A DNA stretch of 64,000 bases. Origin: Eledone cirrhosa (lineage: Eukaryota). Location: assembly GCA_964016885.1 (NCBI GenBank), contig OZ024742.1, positions 278,256,001 to 278,320,000 of the forward strand, read 5' to 3'. The notes under the pieces are model-generated. The model ran no database searches. It was given only the letters and a program-made list of their open reading frames with translations, and was not told the DNA's origin. Shown piece by piece: positions 13,670-27,610 of the stretch. Numbering within the stretch: position 1 is the stretch's first letter; every line of letters begins with the position of its first letter. The position numbers were made by a program, and so were the translations under genes.

Positions 13670-13890
13670 AGACAGCTGAGTGGTTAGAGAATTGGATTCG
13701 CAATCTTCAGGTTGTGAGTTCGTTTCCTGGAGCGGGCAATGATTTACGTCCTTGAGCAAGATACTTTATTTCCTGTTGCTTCTTCTACCTGGAGTTGCGA
13801 GACTGATACATAGTATTAGCAATGGGAAGAATCGAGGTTAGATTGTTTCCTCGGTCCGATTTAACGAAAGTCGATCGACTGTCGATATCT
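13670..13890 (+). mobile_element. tRNA-derived SINE, family B (CORE-like)
   Basis: TGGTTAGAG A box, GAGTTCG B box, then gtccttgagcaagatacttt (CORE-like). The tail attgtttcctcggtccgattt is shared with the 39558 copy. Confidence 0.7.
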
Positions 13891-14678
13891 CAATGTATAT
13901 ATATATAATATGTGTGTGTAATTGCCACAATATAGTGCAATATGAAGCTGTACATTGAAATGAAATTCTACCAAGGAATACGGTTTTAGATATACAGGAT
14001 GAAAGATCTATATATTTTATCAAGTAAAATATGAGAGTCTGATTGTCTGCATTACCTTTGATTATCCGGTATAAAATCTGGCAATGATTTTACTTCTACG
14101 TTTCTTTTAAAAACTAATACATTTTATTGAAGAACACATATTATATATTTATATCTAAAAGCACACAAAACACATTGAGAAACAAAGAAAGACGTGCAAT
14201 AAAATAAAAATTACCATGAAACGTTATTTCCTTTGAAAACAATCGTTTATGTTGGAAAATGGGGAAATTGTATTTCTTTTGAAAAATCAGTATATACACA
14301 CATACATGCAAACATGCATACATTCATACACACACACATTCATACATTCATATACACACACATGCATACACACATCCAAATACATACATATATATGTGCA
14401 TATATGTATGTGTACATATATATATGTACACACACACACATACATACACATACGTATATGAACATGTAAATAGAAATAGAATTAAACATGAAAAAATCAA
14501 AGAAAACAAAATAATTAAGTATATGAAATAAATAAAATGAAATATAAAATAAATATAAAAATTTATACAAAATAAAATGAATAAATAAGTTCGCTTATTT
14601 CTGTTTCACTTTCAATATGGATGTTTGGTGAAATCCGCTACATTGATAGATATCAACCGGCATAAAAACTTATAACAC

Positions 14679-14756
14679 CTGAAGGCCTTTCCAGAATGAC
14701 TTTGACATCATCACATCGAAAGATTCTGTATTCGGAAGTAGCATGGAGCTTAAATG
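14679..14756 (-). CDS. Candidate exon A (HLSSMLLPNTESFDVMMSKSFWKGLQ)
   Basis: T-rich tract then ttcaAG acceptor, CAG|GTgtta donor, 78 nt, in a unique-sequence island. Confidence 0.25.
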
Positions 14757-14993
14757 CTTGAAATATGTTCAAATAAAAAGTATGTATCTTATACACGTAT
14801 ACGCACTACCCGTGTGGACCCAAATACACACAGAGGCATTGATACAAATGGATATATATATATGTGTGTATGTGTGCGTGTGTATGTGTGCGTGTGTGCG
14901 TGTGTGCGTGTGTGTGTATATATACATATATATACGTGTATGTGTGTGTGCGTGTGAGTGTGCGCGTGTATATATGTACATATATTTATATAT

Positions 14994-15032
<39 letters not shown>

Positions 15033-15133
15033 CACACATACAGGCACACATATGCGCGCGCGGACGCACACACACATGCATATATATATATATATACATA
15101 CATATATATATATATGTATGTATATATATATGT

Positions 15134-15208
<75 letters not shown>

Positions 15209-16099
15209 CGTATAGATATATCAAAGAGAAGTTTTACTTTAAGAAGGTTTACTTACAATAACATAACTCTTCTGGATTTCAAGTGTCATGATTCGCAAAA
15301 CTTAAGAGAGAGATGGAAAGATATATAGCTCTGGCGTCATAGTCACACGATCGAGTTTCACTTCAATTTATTATTCTGATTTCCCAATCAGTTAATTTAA
15401 TAGCTGGATGATTGTTTAGTCGTTGATTGTCAAAGGTGAGCTCCTCAATGATTACTTTTGGCACTCTGTGTCTCCTCCCCGTTCTCTTTTACACCATCTT
15501 GTCTCTGTGCGTTATGTACTTGGATCGCGCATGCGTTACAACCGGATGCTTATGTTTTCATTTATTTCTACATTTATTTATTCTTTTTTCTTTTCTACTT
15601 TTTCTCTCTTCTTTCTTTCTGACTTGTCTCTAGGAAGTTAAGGGCACAGATAGAAGGGACAAAAGTAACAATGTGAGACATAGAGGAGTGAGTAGAAATT
15701 AATATCTACTGAAGCAAAACAGCTGTTCACAGAGGATATTTCAACTGTGTTCAACAGGGAGAGATAGAGAAAGAGTTTTATAATATTATGATTCAACATA
15801 TCACTTGATCCACATGACAGGTGCAATGTGTCCGAACACGTAAGAGACCAATGGCAATATTATTAGAAATAGTCAGGACAGATACACTGAGACACAGAAC
15901 AGATTAGAAAATAACAATGATACAGAGGTAAGGAACGGTAGTAGAGAGATCAGGGGCAATAACAATAGTAGTAGGAAGAGTTACGAAACTGTTAGTAGAA
16001 GAAGGGACAGCATCGCATAGAATATATTACCCCCCTGAGTTCCATATTTTTCAATTAATACGACAAATCCTTTGACATGAGCCGTATTTATCCGACAAC

Positions 16100-17870
16100 A
16101 CTACTTTTTAAAAAATAATCTGCATTCCATCAGAAGCCGATGATCAAACTGTGGCTCAATTTACAATAGCTAGGCCTAAACAGATTCTTGAATAGCTTAA
16201 TAGAAAACAGTACGATGGAGCTCCAGCAAGTTGGTGAAAAATACGCAGATGGAACGCGTAGGTTCATACAGTGCACGTGAAATGGAAAAAATTGTACACT
16301 TCCCAATAAACAAATCATGCAGAGTGTCAGTAGACAGCCTGCCAAACTACATCTAGAGAATATAACCCCACACCATCAACACAAACGAAACAAAACCACA
16401 CGTGAATGAGGAATGAGAAAGAAACTGAACGCTCAAATGGTAATATGGTCAAGCATAATGCAGCCAAACAAGCGTACAGCTGAAATTTCAGGACCGGGAA
16501 CAATGAAGTACTGACGCTGCGTGGACTGAGCAATGACCATAAAACAAATTGTGAGCCAGTCACAAGACGACCGGCACGACCAGTCTTTGGAGCCAACATT
16601 TCCAGTACTACAGAAACTCCTACTTCTTCTCTATGATCATACGCCCTCTTATTAGAATGCTACAGTACAGAAGACCTCCTGAGCAGAATCAATGAATGTA
16701 ACCTATCTGGGGACCTGACAGGCTGTATAAAGGGTAGCACGGAGATGGTGTCCATATACCCATCCATTGACGTACATTATGCTGTAGCAAAATCCGTGAA
16801 GATGATGAACGAGAGTGAGGTAGAATTTGGTGGGCATAACACCAGTGATCTGGAATTCCGTCTTAGTTTCACGTGGGATAGGGAATACTTAGATACACAA
16901 TAACCATAGCGGCATCTGTCCTACAAGGCCAGGGAAGGGCCGACCACATGTCTTTACCTCAATGGCCAAAAAGCGCCCATTTAAAAACGGAGCGGGTGGA
17001 CCAGAGCCATATGGATCTCCCAAAACCATGAGCAAGGAAGAAAAGTGAACGTACATGCAGTGGGGGCAAGAATAGTAAAGGGTATACGTCTAAGTTCAAC
17101 GGCAAAACATACACTTATGAAGAGGGGAAACCATTGGCGTCAGCATTGCTGGTGATGTAGCCAACCTTTTTATAGTATGTACTACCCCTAGATGACATCA
17201 ATATGATACACACCACGAGAGAGTAGTCAGGAATTAGAAAGGAACACCATGAAAAGTATGCATGAAATACCTAATTCCACACAACAGCGTATTAAAATTA
17301 CCGTAGACTACACAACCAAACATCTCAACAATAGACTATTTGTGTCAGACACATAATTCTACTTAGAAGCCACTGATAATAAAACACAGATCATCCATTC
17401 TCATTACTCCAAACTCATCGCCTCCAAGTAACTAATCCACCGAAACTCGGATAAAGTAAAGTCAACATACTGATTTCGGACTTTCAACGCCTCTGAAGAA
17501 TGTTTCCCGGATGTGCGATCCTAAAAATTAGAGACACATAAAAAAACTTCATCCACCGCATGCAGTTCTCTGGTTACAATCAAAGAAACCGGATTAGGGT
17601 GTAAAAATGAGGCTAAATTGATGAAACTCAGAAAATCATGTGAATGGGACTAGCCTAATGTATAGGGATATATCTTGGAATATGATATGGAGATCCAGGA
17701 AGAAGATAAATGATATCAACTCATGATATTACAACAACAAATACCAGAGTGTAATGTTCGTCAATGCTACCCCAGATTTGAACTAGCATACATGTTTAGA
17801 AGGGCTCTAGACAAATGATAGTTAACTGTTAAGGTAGCAGAAAAATCTGGTATTCTTCTTACTGCCACCT
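16100..17870 (+). pseudogene. Second decayed Penelope-like element, different lineage
   Basis: PTNKSCRVSVD (TDKS-like), RPVFGAN, CYSTEDLLSRINE...SIYPSID, FNGKTY...IGVSIAGDVANLF, HYSK, FIHRMQFSGYN, YQSVMFVNATP, KVAEKSG; many stops and frameshifts. Confidence 0.75.
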
Positions 17871-17971
17871 CATTTTCTTACTCGGATATTTAGCCATCTG
17901 TAGTGTAGAGCTTTCCAAAAACAACCACTTTTCATATTCCAAAATGCTTCAAGCGAACTTAAATACTCTCT

Positions 17972-18034
<63 letters not shown>

Positions 18035-18096
18035 CGTTTCTGAATTTGTTTAGCAAGATTCTTCATCAGAAAACGTGTATTGAAACCGATATTGTT

Positions 18097-18570
18097 ATGC
18101 TTTGGGAGGGCCATGTTGCCAATAAGAAACACACGCACCAGTTGCTTTCACTTCAATTTATAATAAATTAAATTTATAAATTTCCGGTTGGTTGGTTGGT
18201 TGGTTCCACAACCAGACGATTGTTCATATATTGTCAAAGTTCTTTTGTCACACATTCTGTGACCTCTTCAGTGACTGTGGATTCTTTTCTTTGTTTTTGT
18301 GCCTCTCCTTTGTTCTGTCCTACGCCATCTTGTTTTTTCTACAAGATGGCGTAGGACAGAAAAGGCACAAAAACAAAGAAAAGAATCCCCCGTCACTCAA
18401 GAAGTCACAGAATGTGTGACGAAAGAACTTTGACAATATATGAACAATCGTCTGGTTGTGGAACCAACCAACCAACCAACCGGAAATTTATAAATTTAAT
18501 TTATTATAAATTGAAGTGAAAGCAACTGGTGCGTGTGTTTCTTATTGGCAACAAGACCCTCCCAAAGCAT
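18097..18570. repeat. Long foldback (~235 bp arms, 7 nt loop) of PLE terminal-repeat-like sequence
   Basis: Arms are near-perfect reverse complements around tttttct at 18334-18340. Confidence 0.9.
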
Positions 18571-18571
18571 G

Positions 18572-18607
<36 letters not shown>

Positions 18608-18640
18608 TATATATTATTAATAAATATATATATATATATA

Positions 18641-18818
18641 CTTTGGGAGGGTCATATTGTTGTAATAATATTGCCAGAAATAATAACAGAACACACTCAC
18701 TGTTTGGTTGGTTTTCGCTTCTGCATCTTTTATATCTCCAGAGAAAACCAACCAAACAGTGAGTGTGTTCTGTTATTATTTCTGGCAATATTATTACAAC
18801 AATATGACCCTCCGAAAG
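18641..18818. repeat. Foldback (~75 bp arms) sharing the tttgggagggtcat terminus
   Basis: Direct inspection; flanked by (TA)n. Confidence 0.9.
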
Positions 18819-18975
18819 TATATATATATATATATATATTGTTATGCTTTGGGAGGGTCATGTTGCCAATAAGAAACACACGCACCAGTTGCTTTCACTT
18901 CAATTTATAATAAATAAAATTTATAAATTTCCGGTTGGTTGGTTGGTTCCTAAACCAGATAATTGTTCATATATT

Positions 18976-19018
18976 GTCAAAGTTCTTTCGTCGCACATTC
19001 TGTGACCTCTTCAGTGAC
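18976..19018 (-). ncRNA. Minimal type I hammerhead-like ribozyme
   Basis: Minus strand gtca-CTGAAGA-G-gtcacagaatgtgcgac-GAAA-g-aa-c-tt-tgac: stem I gtca/tgac, stem II present, minimal stem III. Mutated copies lie in both arms of the 18097-18570 foldback. Confidence 0.5.
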
Positions 19019-19262
19019 TGCTTCAGAAACGAATTCAGAAAAGAAATATATATATACATATAGACGCATATATACATATGCATACATATGTATACGACGC
19101 CTCACCCGACACACCGTATGTAATATACATGTATGCGTATCGAAATCCTAAACATTATACATTTTCTTCCTTCGCAGGTCGTCTGTTGCACCCGAACTTA
19201 GAACACAGATACATACACTAATACATTACTCATATACTTAATATTTGTGTGTGTACTTGTGA

Positions 19263-19319
<57 letters not shown>

Positions 19320-20022
19320 TATATATATACGTATGCATTTATGTATATATGCATGTATGCACATATGTATGTTTATATGTATAAACGTTCGTACCTTCTT
19401 ATGTACATAAGTATGTATGAATGCACGTACGTACCTACATTCGTATGTATATATTTATGTATGTGTAAATGTATGACTGTGTGTATGTATGTATGTGTGT
19501 ATGCATGTATGTATGTCTGTGTGTATGTATGTATTTATATGTGTAAGTGTGAGAAAACTGACAAGAGTGGTAGGGTGTATGTAGTTTATGGCAGAATGTT
19601 GTAGTAATAAGACACTTATGTGAAATGAACGAGCATCATTTTATTGACCCAGTATTCAAGATGGTGGTCGCCATACTATGTAAGTCAAAACGATAAGAAA
19701 ATTAAATTTAGCATCTATGAATTTCAGGTTTTGATTTACCGAATCTAATAATAATATTTGAAGCCATAAAGTAATGCAATAAATATACAATATTCTGCGA
19801 ATTAAAGAAATGGTTTTTACAATTTGAAATGCCATAAATCTCTCGTCAGTTATGTGTTTAAAATGGCGGTATTTATTGTTATTTCCATTTTCAATATCAG
19901 CACGACTTCCTGCTTTATACATCATCTTCATTTATCTACCCATCCATCAATCCTCTTGTTCATTCATCCATTTAGCTAGCTAACTATCAATCCATCTAAC
20001 CATCTGTCGATCTGTCTGTCAT

Positions 20023-20024
<2 letters not shown>

Positions 20025-20113
<89 letters not shown>

Positions 20114-20147
20114 GTCTATCTATATATCTCTATATATATCTATCTAT
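20025..20147. repeat. (TCTA)n microsatellite, probably the tail of the adjacent RTE fragment
   Basis: Abuts the stop codon of the RTE fragment. Confidence 0.9.
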
Positions 20148-20661
20148 CTAGGGCGGGTAAAATTCCCGAGATCCATGGACGAGTTCTCTCCAGCGGTCTC
20201 TGTCCCTCATTATCGCTGCCATGTCCTGGGTCTCCAACAGACCAGTGTCTGTCCTTAGGGCATCAACATACGTTAAACTTGGTCTTCCTCTTCCAGTGTG
20301 TCCATGTAGGGGCTCCCACAGGAGCACTGAGTGCGATGTCAACTCAGGATGTCGGTGAGCATGTCCAGCTAACCTCAGTCTCCTCTGTGTCACTTTTGAG
20401 CTGACTTTTGGGAGGCTCCCATACAGCTCTGAGTTTTTCATCCTCAGTGTATACTGATTAATGTTCAGAGCCATCCTCAGCATACTCGTGTAGCACCCAT
20501 CCACCATCTGAGTGAGTTTCTTGGTCAGTGTCCAAGTCTCAGACCCGTACAGCAGCACAGACTTCACTACAGCAATGAAGAGGCGGATTTTCAGGTCTTT
20601 ACGAAGGTCCGACTTCCACACCGATCTCAAGCTGTAGCACGCTGCCCAGGCCTTGCTCTTC
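20148..20661 (-). pseudogene. 5'-truncated RTE-clade LINE, C-terminal region
   Basis: VWKS...KIRLFIAVVKSVLLYGSETWTL...RRLRLAGHAHRH...GRGRPSLTYVD...DRDRWR is a typical RTE post-RT domain. Confidence 0.9.
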
Positions 20662-20916
20662 CTATATATGTATATTCAAATATTTCGGTCTGTTTATATG
20701 TATATAATATATGAACTAACACCTAACACACGCAAACTCTCACTTGTATATATAGAGAGATAGATAGATATCTAGATAGATCTATTGAGAGAGAGGGAGA
20801 TAAAAAGAAAAAGAGGTGAAGGGGGGAAAGTGAAGGTGAGACAAATATATATATTTATATCTGTTCGATTACATCTCTCTTTCTATCTAGAATTTATCTT
20901 CCCGTACACACGCACG

Positions 20917-20956
<40 letters not shown>

Positions 20957-20998
20957 TATATATACATATATATATATGTATATACATATACATATATG

Positions 20999-21030
<32 letters not shown>

Positions 21031-21086
21031 CGTGCGTGTGTATATATATATGTATATATATATGTATATACATATACATATACATG

Positions 21087-21167
<81 letters not shown>

Positions 21168-21471
21168 TTATATATATTTATATATAAACATATATATATG
21201 TATGTGTGTGTGTTTATGTGTGTACGTGCGTGCTTGTTTCAGTGTGTGTTGATGTGTTAATCAATGTATGTATATATTTGTAGGTGTCAGACATTTCCTT
21301 TCTTTACTATTCATTATTTGATTTCTGTCTCTCTTAATATTGATACACAGCTGGACACAGAATTTCATCTTGAGCTGTATTTTCATACTCCCCCCAACGC
21401 TTACACACATTCACACACACACACATATATATATATACAATACATATATATATATATATCCATATATACCT

Positions 21472-21518
<47 letters not shown>

Positions 21519-21693
21519 TACACACACATACTTACATATATATCCATATATACCTTTATATGTATATATAAATATATATATATATATATATAATATCCAT
21601 CTATCTATCTTTCTATATCTATCTACATACATATCAATATATCTATATATCTATATATCTATATATAAATATATATATATATTTATATATATT

Positions 21694-21791
<98 letters not shown>

Positions 21792-22107
21792 TGTGTGTGT
21801 GTGTGTATGTGTGTGTGTGTGTGCGTACATATATTTGTATGTTTGTGTGTATGTATGTATTTATGTATGTACAAAATGCGATTGGTTGCATAAGGTCTTG
21901 TTTTCAATCAATATATGTATTTTTATGTATTTCAGACCTGGTGGTCTTTGGCAATGTCTGATTAAAATGGTGGCTGTGGATGTTTAGCAACTAATTTTAT
22001 ATTATGTTTGCTAACAAATACGAGAAAACCGCTCATGGTACTTTCGCATAATTAAACACAAACCTCTACGGGATAATAATAATAATAGTATTAATAATAA
22101 TAATAAT

Positions 22108-23073
22108 GATTTCATTTATTAGCCACAAGGGCCGACATGTTGGGGACAATATAAAGACAGGGACAGTGGGGGTTTACAATAAGGTCGAGTAAAAGTGCAC
22201 ACTGGCAAGACTAATTTAACAATGAAAATATAAAAATATAAAATAAACTATGCATAAATATAACAAAATAAATTCCCCGATAGGGGGTGCACGAGCCTGG
22301 GGTGGCTCGGGTACCCAACCAATCCTGAACCACCCTGCGCTTCTAGGGTACCCAGGGAGAGCACCCCTCTCCTCAAGTTAGCTAGCCTATAGGTGCATGG
22401 TCAGAGTAGGCCCATTCACACGAGCCATTCTCGCCACATTCACCCACCTTTTAGCAAATGTACTGGGGGCAGCACTTCTCTCTCCACCCCCACCTTCCTT
22501 TCCAGGTGAAACTTGAAGAAGTTGATGAGGGATTGGCCGAAGAGAAAAGTGTCTGTCTTCAGTCCTTTTAACCTGGTCCACCATACAACCTCTTTTGCAA
22601 CTGCCACCAGACAGAGGAAAATTTCCTGCTCTTCCTGACCTAAGGAAGGTGGTGGATCGATCTTCACTACGGACTCGCCGATAGCCGGATTCGTTCTACA
22701 CGCGACAACAGCTGTTCGACATAACTCCACAAGTCAGTAATGCACGGACATTAGACAAGTGCGTACAGAACGGTTTCGTCGTTCTGTGCGCATCTTGGGC
22801 AGGTCCGTCTGACAGCACTTCTGTGCCTGTAGAGTTTATCCCGATCCGGCAGTGCCCCCCGGTGGCACTGCCAAGCGAGGGATTTCTGGAAATTGTCCAT
22901 CGTCCCAGGCTCAAAAGTCCTCCGGTACAGACTGGTCAGTTCGACTTCGTCGAGGCCCAAAGCTTCTCCGAGTGCGTCATCGCACTTGCCCATCACTAAT
23001 CCTCTAAAGAACTCGGGAGTGGAATTTCCACTGATCGCATTGCCCGTTTGGTAGAGGGAAGTGACTGCCTGGC
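22108..23073 (-). mobile_element. 5'-truncated Tx1/L1-like LINE (copy A, related subfamily)
   Basis: MDNFQKSLAWQC...CPRCAQNDETVLYALV...VVWWTRLKG, homologous to 23340-24050; the 3' end abuts (AAT)n. Confidence 0.85.
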
Positions 23074-23089
23074 AAAATAATATTAATAA

Positions 23090-26000
23090 TGCTTTCTTTA
23101 TTAACCACAAGGGTTTACATAAAGTAGACATTAAGGACAGTACAGGACAATACAGGACGGTACAAATGGGCATTTCTGTGTGTGAAAAAACAAAAACAGA
23201 GGATGTAACAAAATGTAATAATGAAAAATTCCCCAATAGGGGCGAGACTTCCGAGGGACATTTGTGCAGAAAGCCCATTAAAAGGCCACAGTGACCCTGA
23301 CCACAAGGGCAAGTGCCCTCTCCCAGTTTTACACCTTTAATTTACAGACACATACTCAGAGTAGGCCCATTCATTCGGGCCATACTTGCTTCTCTCACCC
23401 ATCTTTCAACAAAATGCTGGGAAGAGAGCACTCCCCTCTCTACCCTGATTTTCCTTTTCAAATGAAATTGGAAAAAGTTAATCAGGGCATCACCGAAGAG
23501 GTAAGTGCTCGTCTTCAGCCCTTTCAAACGTGTCCACCATACTATCTCTTTCGCCATGGCCACCAGGCAGATAAAAACTGCCTGCCCTTCCCGGCTAAAG
23601 GAAGAAGGCGGGGCAATCCTCACGATGGACTCAGCTGATAGCTGGATCCGTCCTACACGGGACAGCAGGTGTTCGACATAAACCCACAAGTCAGCAATGC
23701 TCGGACACTGGACGAGTGCGTGCAGGACGTTTTCAACCCCCTGCGCGCATCTCAGACATGCCCGCTGACGGCACCTCCATGCCTGTAGAGTTTATCCCGA
23801 ACTGGCAAAGCTCCTCGGTAGCACTGCCAGGCCAGGGATTTCTGGAAGTTGTCCATAGGCCCCGGCCCGAAAGTTCTTCTGAAGAGATTGGCTAGTTGAT
23901 TAACGTCGACGCCTAGAGTTTCTCCAAGTACGTCGTCGCTCTTCCCCTCCACTAATCCTCTATAGAACGCCAAGGTGGAGTTTCCACCGATCACATTGCC
24001 CGATTGGTTGAGGGCTGTGAGCGCCTGAAGACATGCTAGTCTCCAAGCGCTCCATCACGGTCTTCGCTTGACCCATGACTCCAGCTCCGTCAAGGAGACG
24101 AGCTGGGGAAAGACGCGTCTAGCAAACGGCGACCACACTTGATCACCGTCGAGGAAGAGGTGGAGATGTCGTAGCCTGAGCGCGCGTGTGCGCATCATCA
24201 GACACGGCATGCCCAGCCCTCCACGTAGCGGGTGTTGACAGCAGATGGACCGCCTGACCATAGGAGCGCGTCTCTTCCACAAAAAGCGAAAGAGCAAACG
24301 CTCCAGCGCAGTCAGGCGAGGCTTAGGACAAGGTACAACGGTCAGGCGGTAGTAGATGACGGACGCGATATACGCGTTAGCCACCTCCGCTCGACCTTCC
24401 AGGGATAGCTTCCTCTCCGCCCATTTCTGGGTGAGAGAAGCCACCCTGCTCGTCACCTCGTCCCAGTTTTCGTCCGTCTGGAGGTCCGGACCGAACCAGA
24501 GCCCTAGCAATTTAACCGGTCCACCCGTCCAGCGCCCGACGATGCTGTTCGAAGGCATGGACCTGCCTCTCCAGGTGCCGAGCTGAGGGCCCACTGACTT
24601 TTCCTGGTTGATCATTGCTCCTGTCAACGCTTCGTATTCTCTTAATGTAGTGCCGATCGTCTCCATGTGTTTGGCGTTCGACACCATTACGGTGACATCT
24701 TCCGCATATGCTAACACGGATCTTCCACATCCTAGTTCGCGCGGGACGCCCCTCAACGTCTCCAGTTTGTGCAGTAATGCCTCGAGAGTCAATACGTACA
24801 AGAGGGACGAGAGGGGACATCCTTGGCGGACCGAGCGCATGATGTTGAACGGTTCCGAAAGGTGACCGTTCACTCTCACCACAGAGCAGATGTCGCTGTG
24901 CATGGCAGCGATCCAGCCTCTCAAGACGGGCCCAAAGCCAGCCGCCCCCAGGACTGCCGCTAGGTAACGATGGTCGACCCTATCTAAAGCTTTCTACTGA
25001 TCTAAATTGATCAAGGACCTACTCGTGCCAGGTTCCCTAGCTACCCTTTCTACGATGTATCGCATGAGGTGGAGGTTGTCGTGGATGGATCTGTCGGAAT
25101 GGCGGATGTCTACGCCTCTTCCACCAGACCACCAACGACAAGCGCCAAATTCTTTGCTAACACCTTGGCCAAAATCTTGAACTCTGTGTTTAACAGAGTT
25201 ATGGGCCTGAAATTACTTATGTTATCCCCCTTGTTCGGATCCTTTCTCAGCAGCGCCACCGCTCCTCGGCTCACAGAGCTGGGAATTCTCCCGTTCTGTC
25301 GCCAGTTGCAGTAGACGTCCGCCAAGAGGCCTCCCAACAAGTCTGGCATCTGTACGTAAAGTTCATAGGGCAGACCATCCAAACCAGGCGATTTACCCCT
25401 TGTGCAGCCAGTCATTGCCTCCCGTACTTCAGCGGCTGTTATCGGCTGAGAGCCGCGGGAGTCCGTCGAGGTAGACACTAAAGTCCATCCCTCGACCCGG
25501 CCCACCGCTGCCCCCGAACAGCTGAGGGAAGTGTCGCTGAAAATCTTCACACATTTGCCCGGGATCTAGTAGCATGCGCCCGTCGTGGTCCGCCAAAGAC
25601 CGGATCGTGGCTTTGTTGCCACGACGCGCCTCCGCCACTCGGGCCCATTGAACTGCTTTCGTCCCCTCGTATCTGAGAGCACGTACCCTAGCTCTGACAA
25701 AGCAGCCTTCGTGCTTTGCATTGAAGAATTGGTCAAGGGCTTCCATGACGACCCCAAGCCACGCGCATTTATGCTGCCTATTCTGAGTGAGGTCATGTTG
25801 AAATGGAGTGGAAAAGATGGGAAAGACCACTTACCTTACTTCTCGTAGAGGAAGGATGGTTTCTCCATCTCTTTTCACTTGATCGTCTGGTGAAGTGACC
25901 GTTGAATCATCCCTTCGGCGGGTCGTCGGCTCTTCTGTGAATATATCCGAATATACTCTCCGGTTGAGTGTCCCTCCTAGATCTCTAAAATCACCAACTA

Positions 26001-27452
26001 CGTTGGGGAATTTCGTTTTAATGTTTGTGTATTGCTTCTGTGCTATTCTTACCAGTCTTATGTTCGTTGGTGTTTTCATTGGTGCTAGTATTATGTAGTC
26101 GTGCTGTGAAATGTCTGTGTGTTCAATTATGTAAGTCATTAGTTTCTTGTTGTGTGTATTTATTGCTGTGAATTTGTTTTCTGGGGTGGGGTGTGGTTCT
26201 GCTATTTTCTTGTCGTTGTTGGAGGGTGTGTGTGTTTTGTTGTTTTGTTTGCAATGTTGGTGCTTGTGGTGGTGGTGTTGAAGGTGTTGTTGATGTTTGC
26301 GGTGGGGTTGTCACCGGTGGTGATGGTGGTGCTAGTGTGGATCGTGATGGTGTTGGTGGTGTTGCTGCTGTAAGTCTCTTTGCAGTAGCCTTTACCCATT
26401 TTTCCTTTCTTTCCTCCCTTTTCGAAGGCGACGATGCGCTGCTTCTGTGTTTGTGCCTTCTTGCGACCTTTTGTCATCCCTTTCCCACCTCACACTCCAT
26501 GTCCGATTCTCTGAGGTTGGGGAGGGGTACCAGCTCCACTCTTTCACTTGTTGTTGTTGGTGATGTTTGCAGTGGAGCCTCTGTTGCAGCTGAAGTTCGT
26601 ATTGCTATTGTTGTTGTTAATACTTCCACTGCTGCTGCTGTTCTTAATATCCGTGGCGTGGGTGTGGGTGCCACGGACCTATCCTTACTGGTTGCCGCCT
26701 GTCCTGTTGCTGGTAGCAGTGGAGCCGGTTTCGAAAGGAGGGGGTTTTTCTCCTTTCTCAGGGTCTTCTCATTGCAGAAGGCCCCGAGGTGAGTCTTCGA
26801 TCCACAGCGAAAGCATTTCGGGCGTTTGCCCTCAACGCTTATGAGCAGTTGAGTGCCGTTATCGAAGTCTATCACATTCGGGATAGCTTCGATGCACACC
26901 TGGTTGGTTTGGATTAACATCTGAATGGAGGTGCCGACCTAATCTTCTCGTACTTTTTTCTGTACTGGGAGTACAGTTGTTTTGTCCTCGATTCCGACGA
27001 GGACAGACGCGGCCAGCCAAGAAGGGGCCATCCCGGGGGGGGGGGGGGGTCAATTTGACCCTCACAATTTTTTGTCCGCAGTAGGAGGGCACCAACGCCA
27101 TTTCCACGCTCGTTAGGGTCACTAAGGATTGATCCTTTGCCTTCTGGGGTGTGGCAAAAAGCAGGTCCACAGTGGCATATTTCTTGCCTCGGGTGATATA
27201 CGTTTTCCGCTGCCACACAGACCCTAAGGCTTTTTGTATTTGAGCCTCTGTGGCTCTTTCAACCCTACGGGATTTTGTGCTTGCTGTACGGTACGTGAGC
27301 GTACAGTGCTGTTGTGTTTCGAAAAATGTTTGCAGATTGCTCGGTGTCCGGTTTTCGTCACCATCTTCTTTGCTTCCTGTAATTCCTCATTTGTTATAAG
27401 GATGGTTTCCAGGTTCTTTGCGATACCTGCAAACGAGATTGGTTTTTCTTTC

Positions 27453-27486
<34 letters not shown>

Positions 27487-27579
27487 CGTCAGAGCTGTTG
27501 TTACTTTTTTTGTTGCTGCTGGTACTACTGCCGCCGCCGCTGTTGCTGTGGTTATTGTTGTTGCTGCTGCTGCTATTGT

Positions 27580-27610
<31 letters not shown>

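Noticed and set aside
13670-13740. tRNA genes at SINE heads (also 315, 32385, 39558, 47137)
   Set aside because: A/B boxes are present but no clean cloverleaf was seen, and each continues into a repeated SINE body.
14655-14756. CUB-like reading CDDVKVILERPSGVIS on the minus strand
   Set aside because: It hits a stop within a few codons and there are no further CUB motifs.
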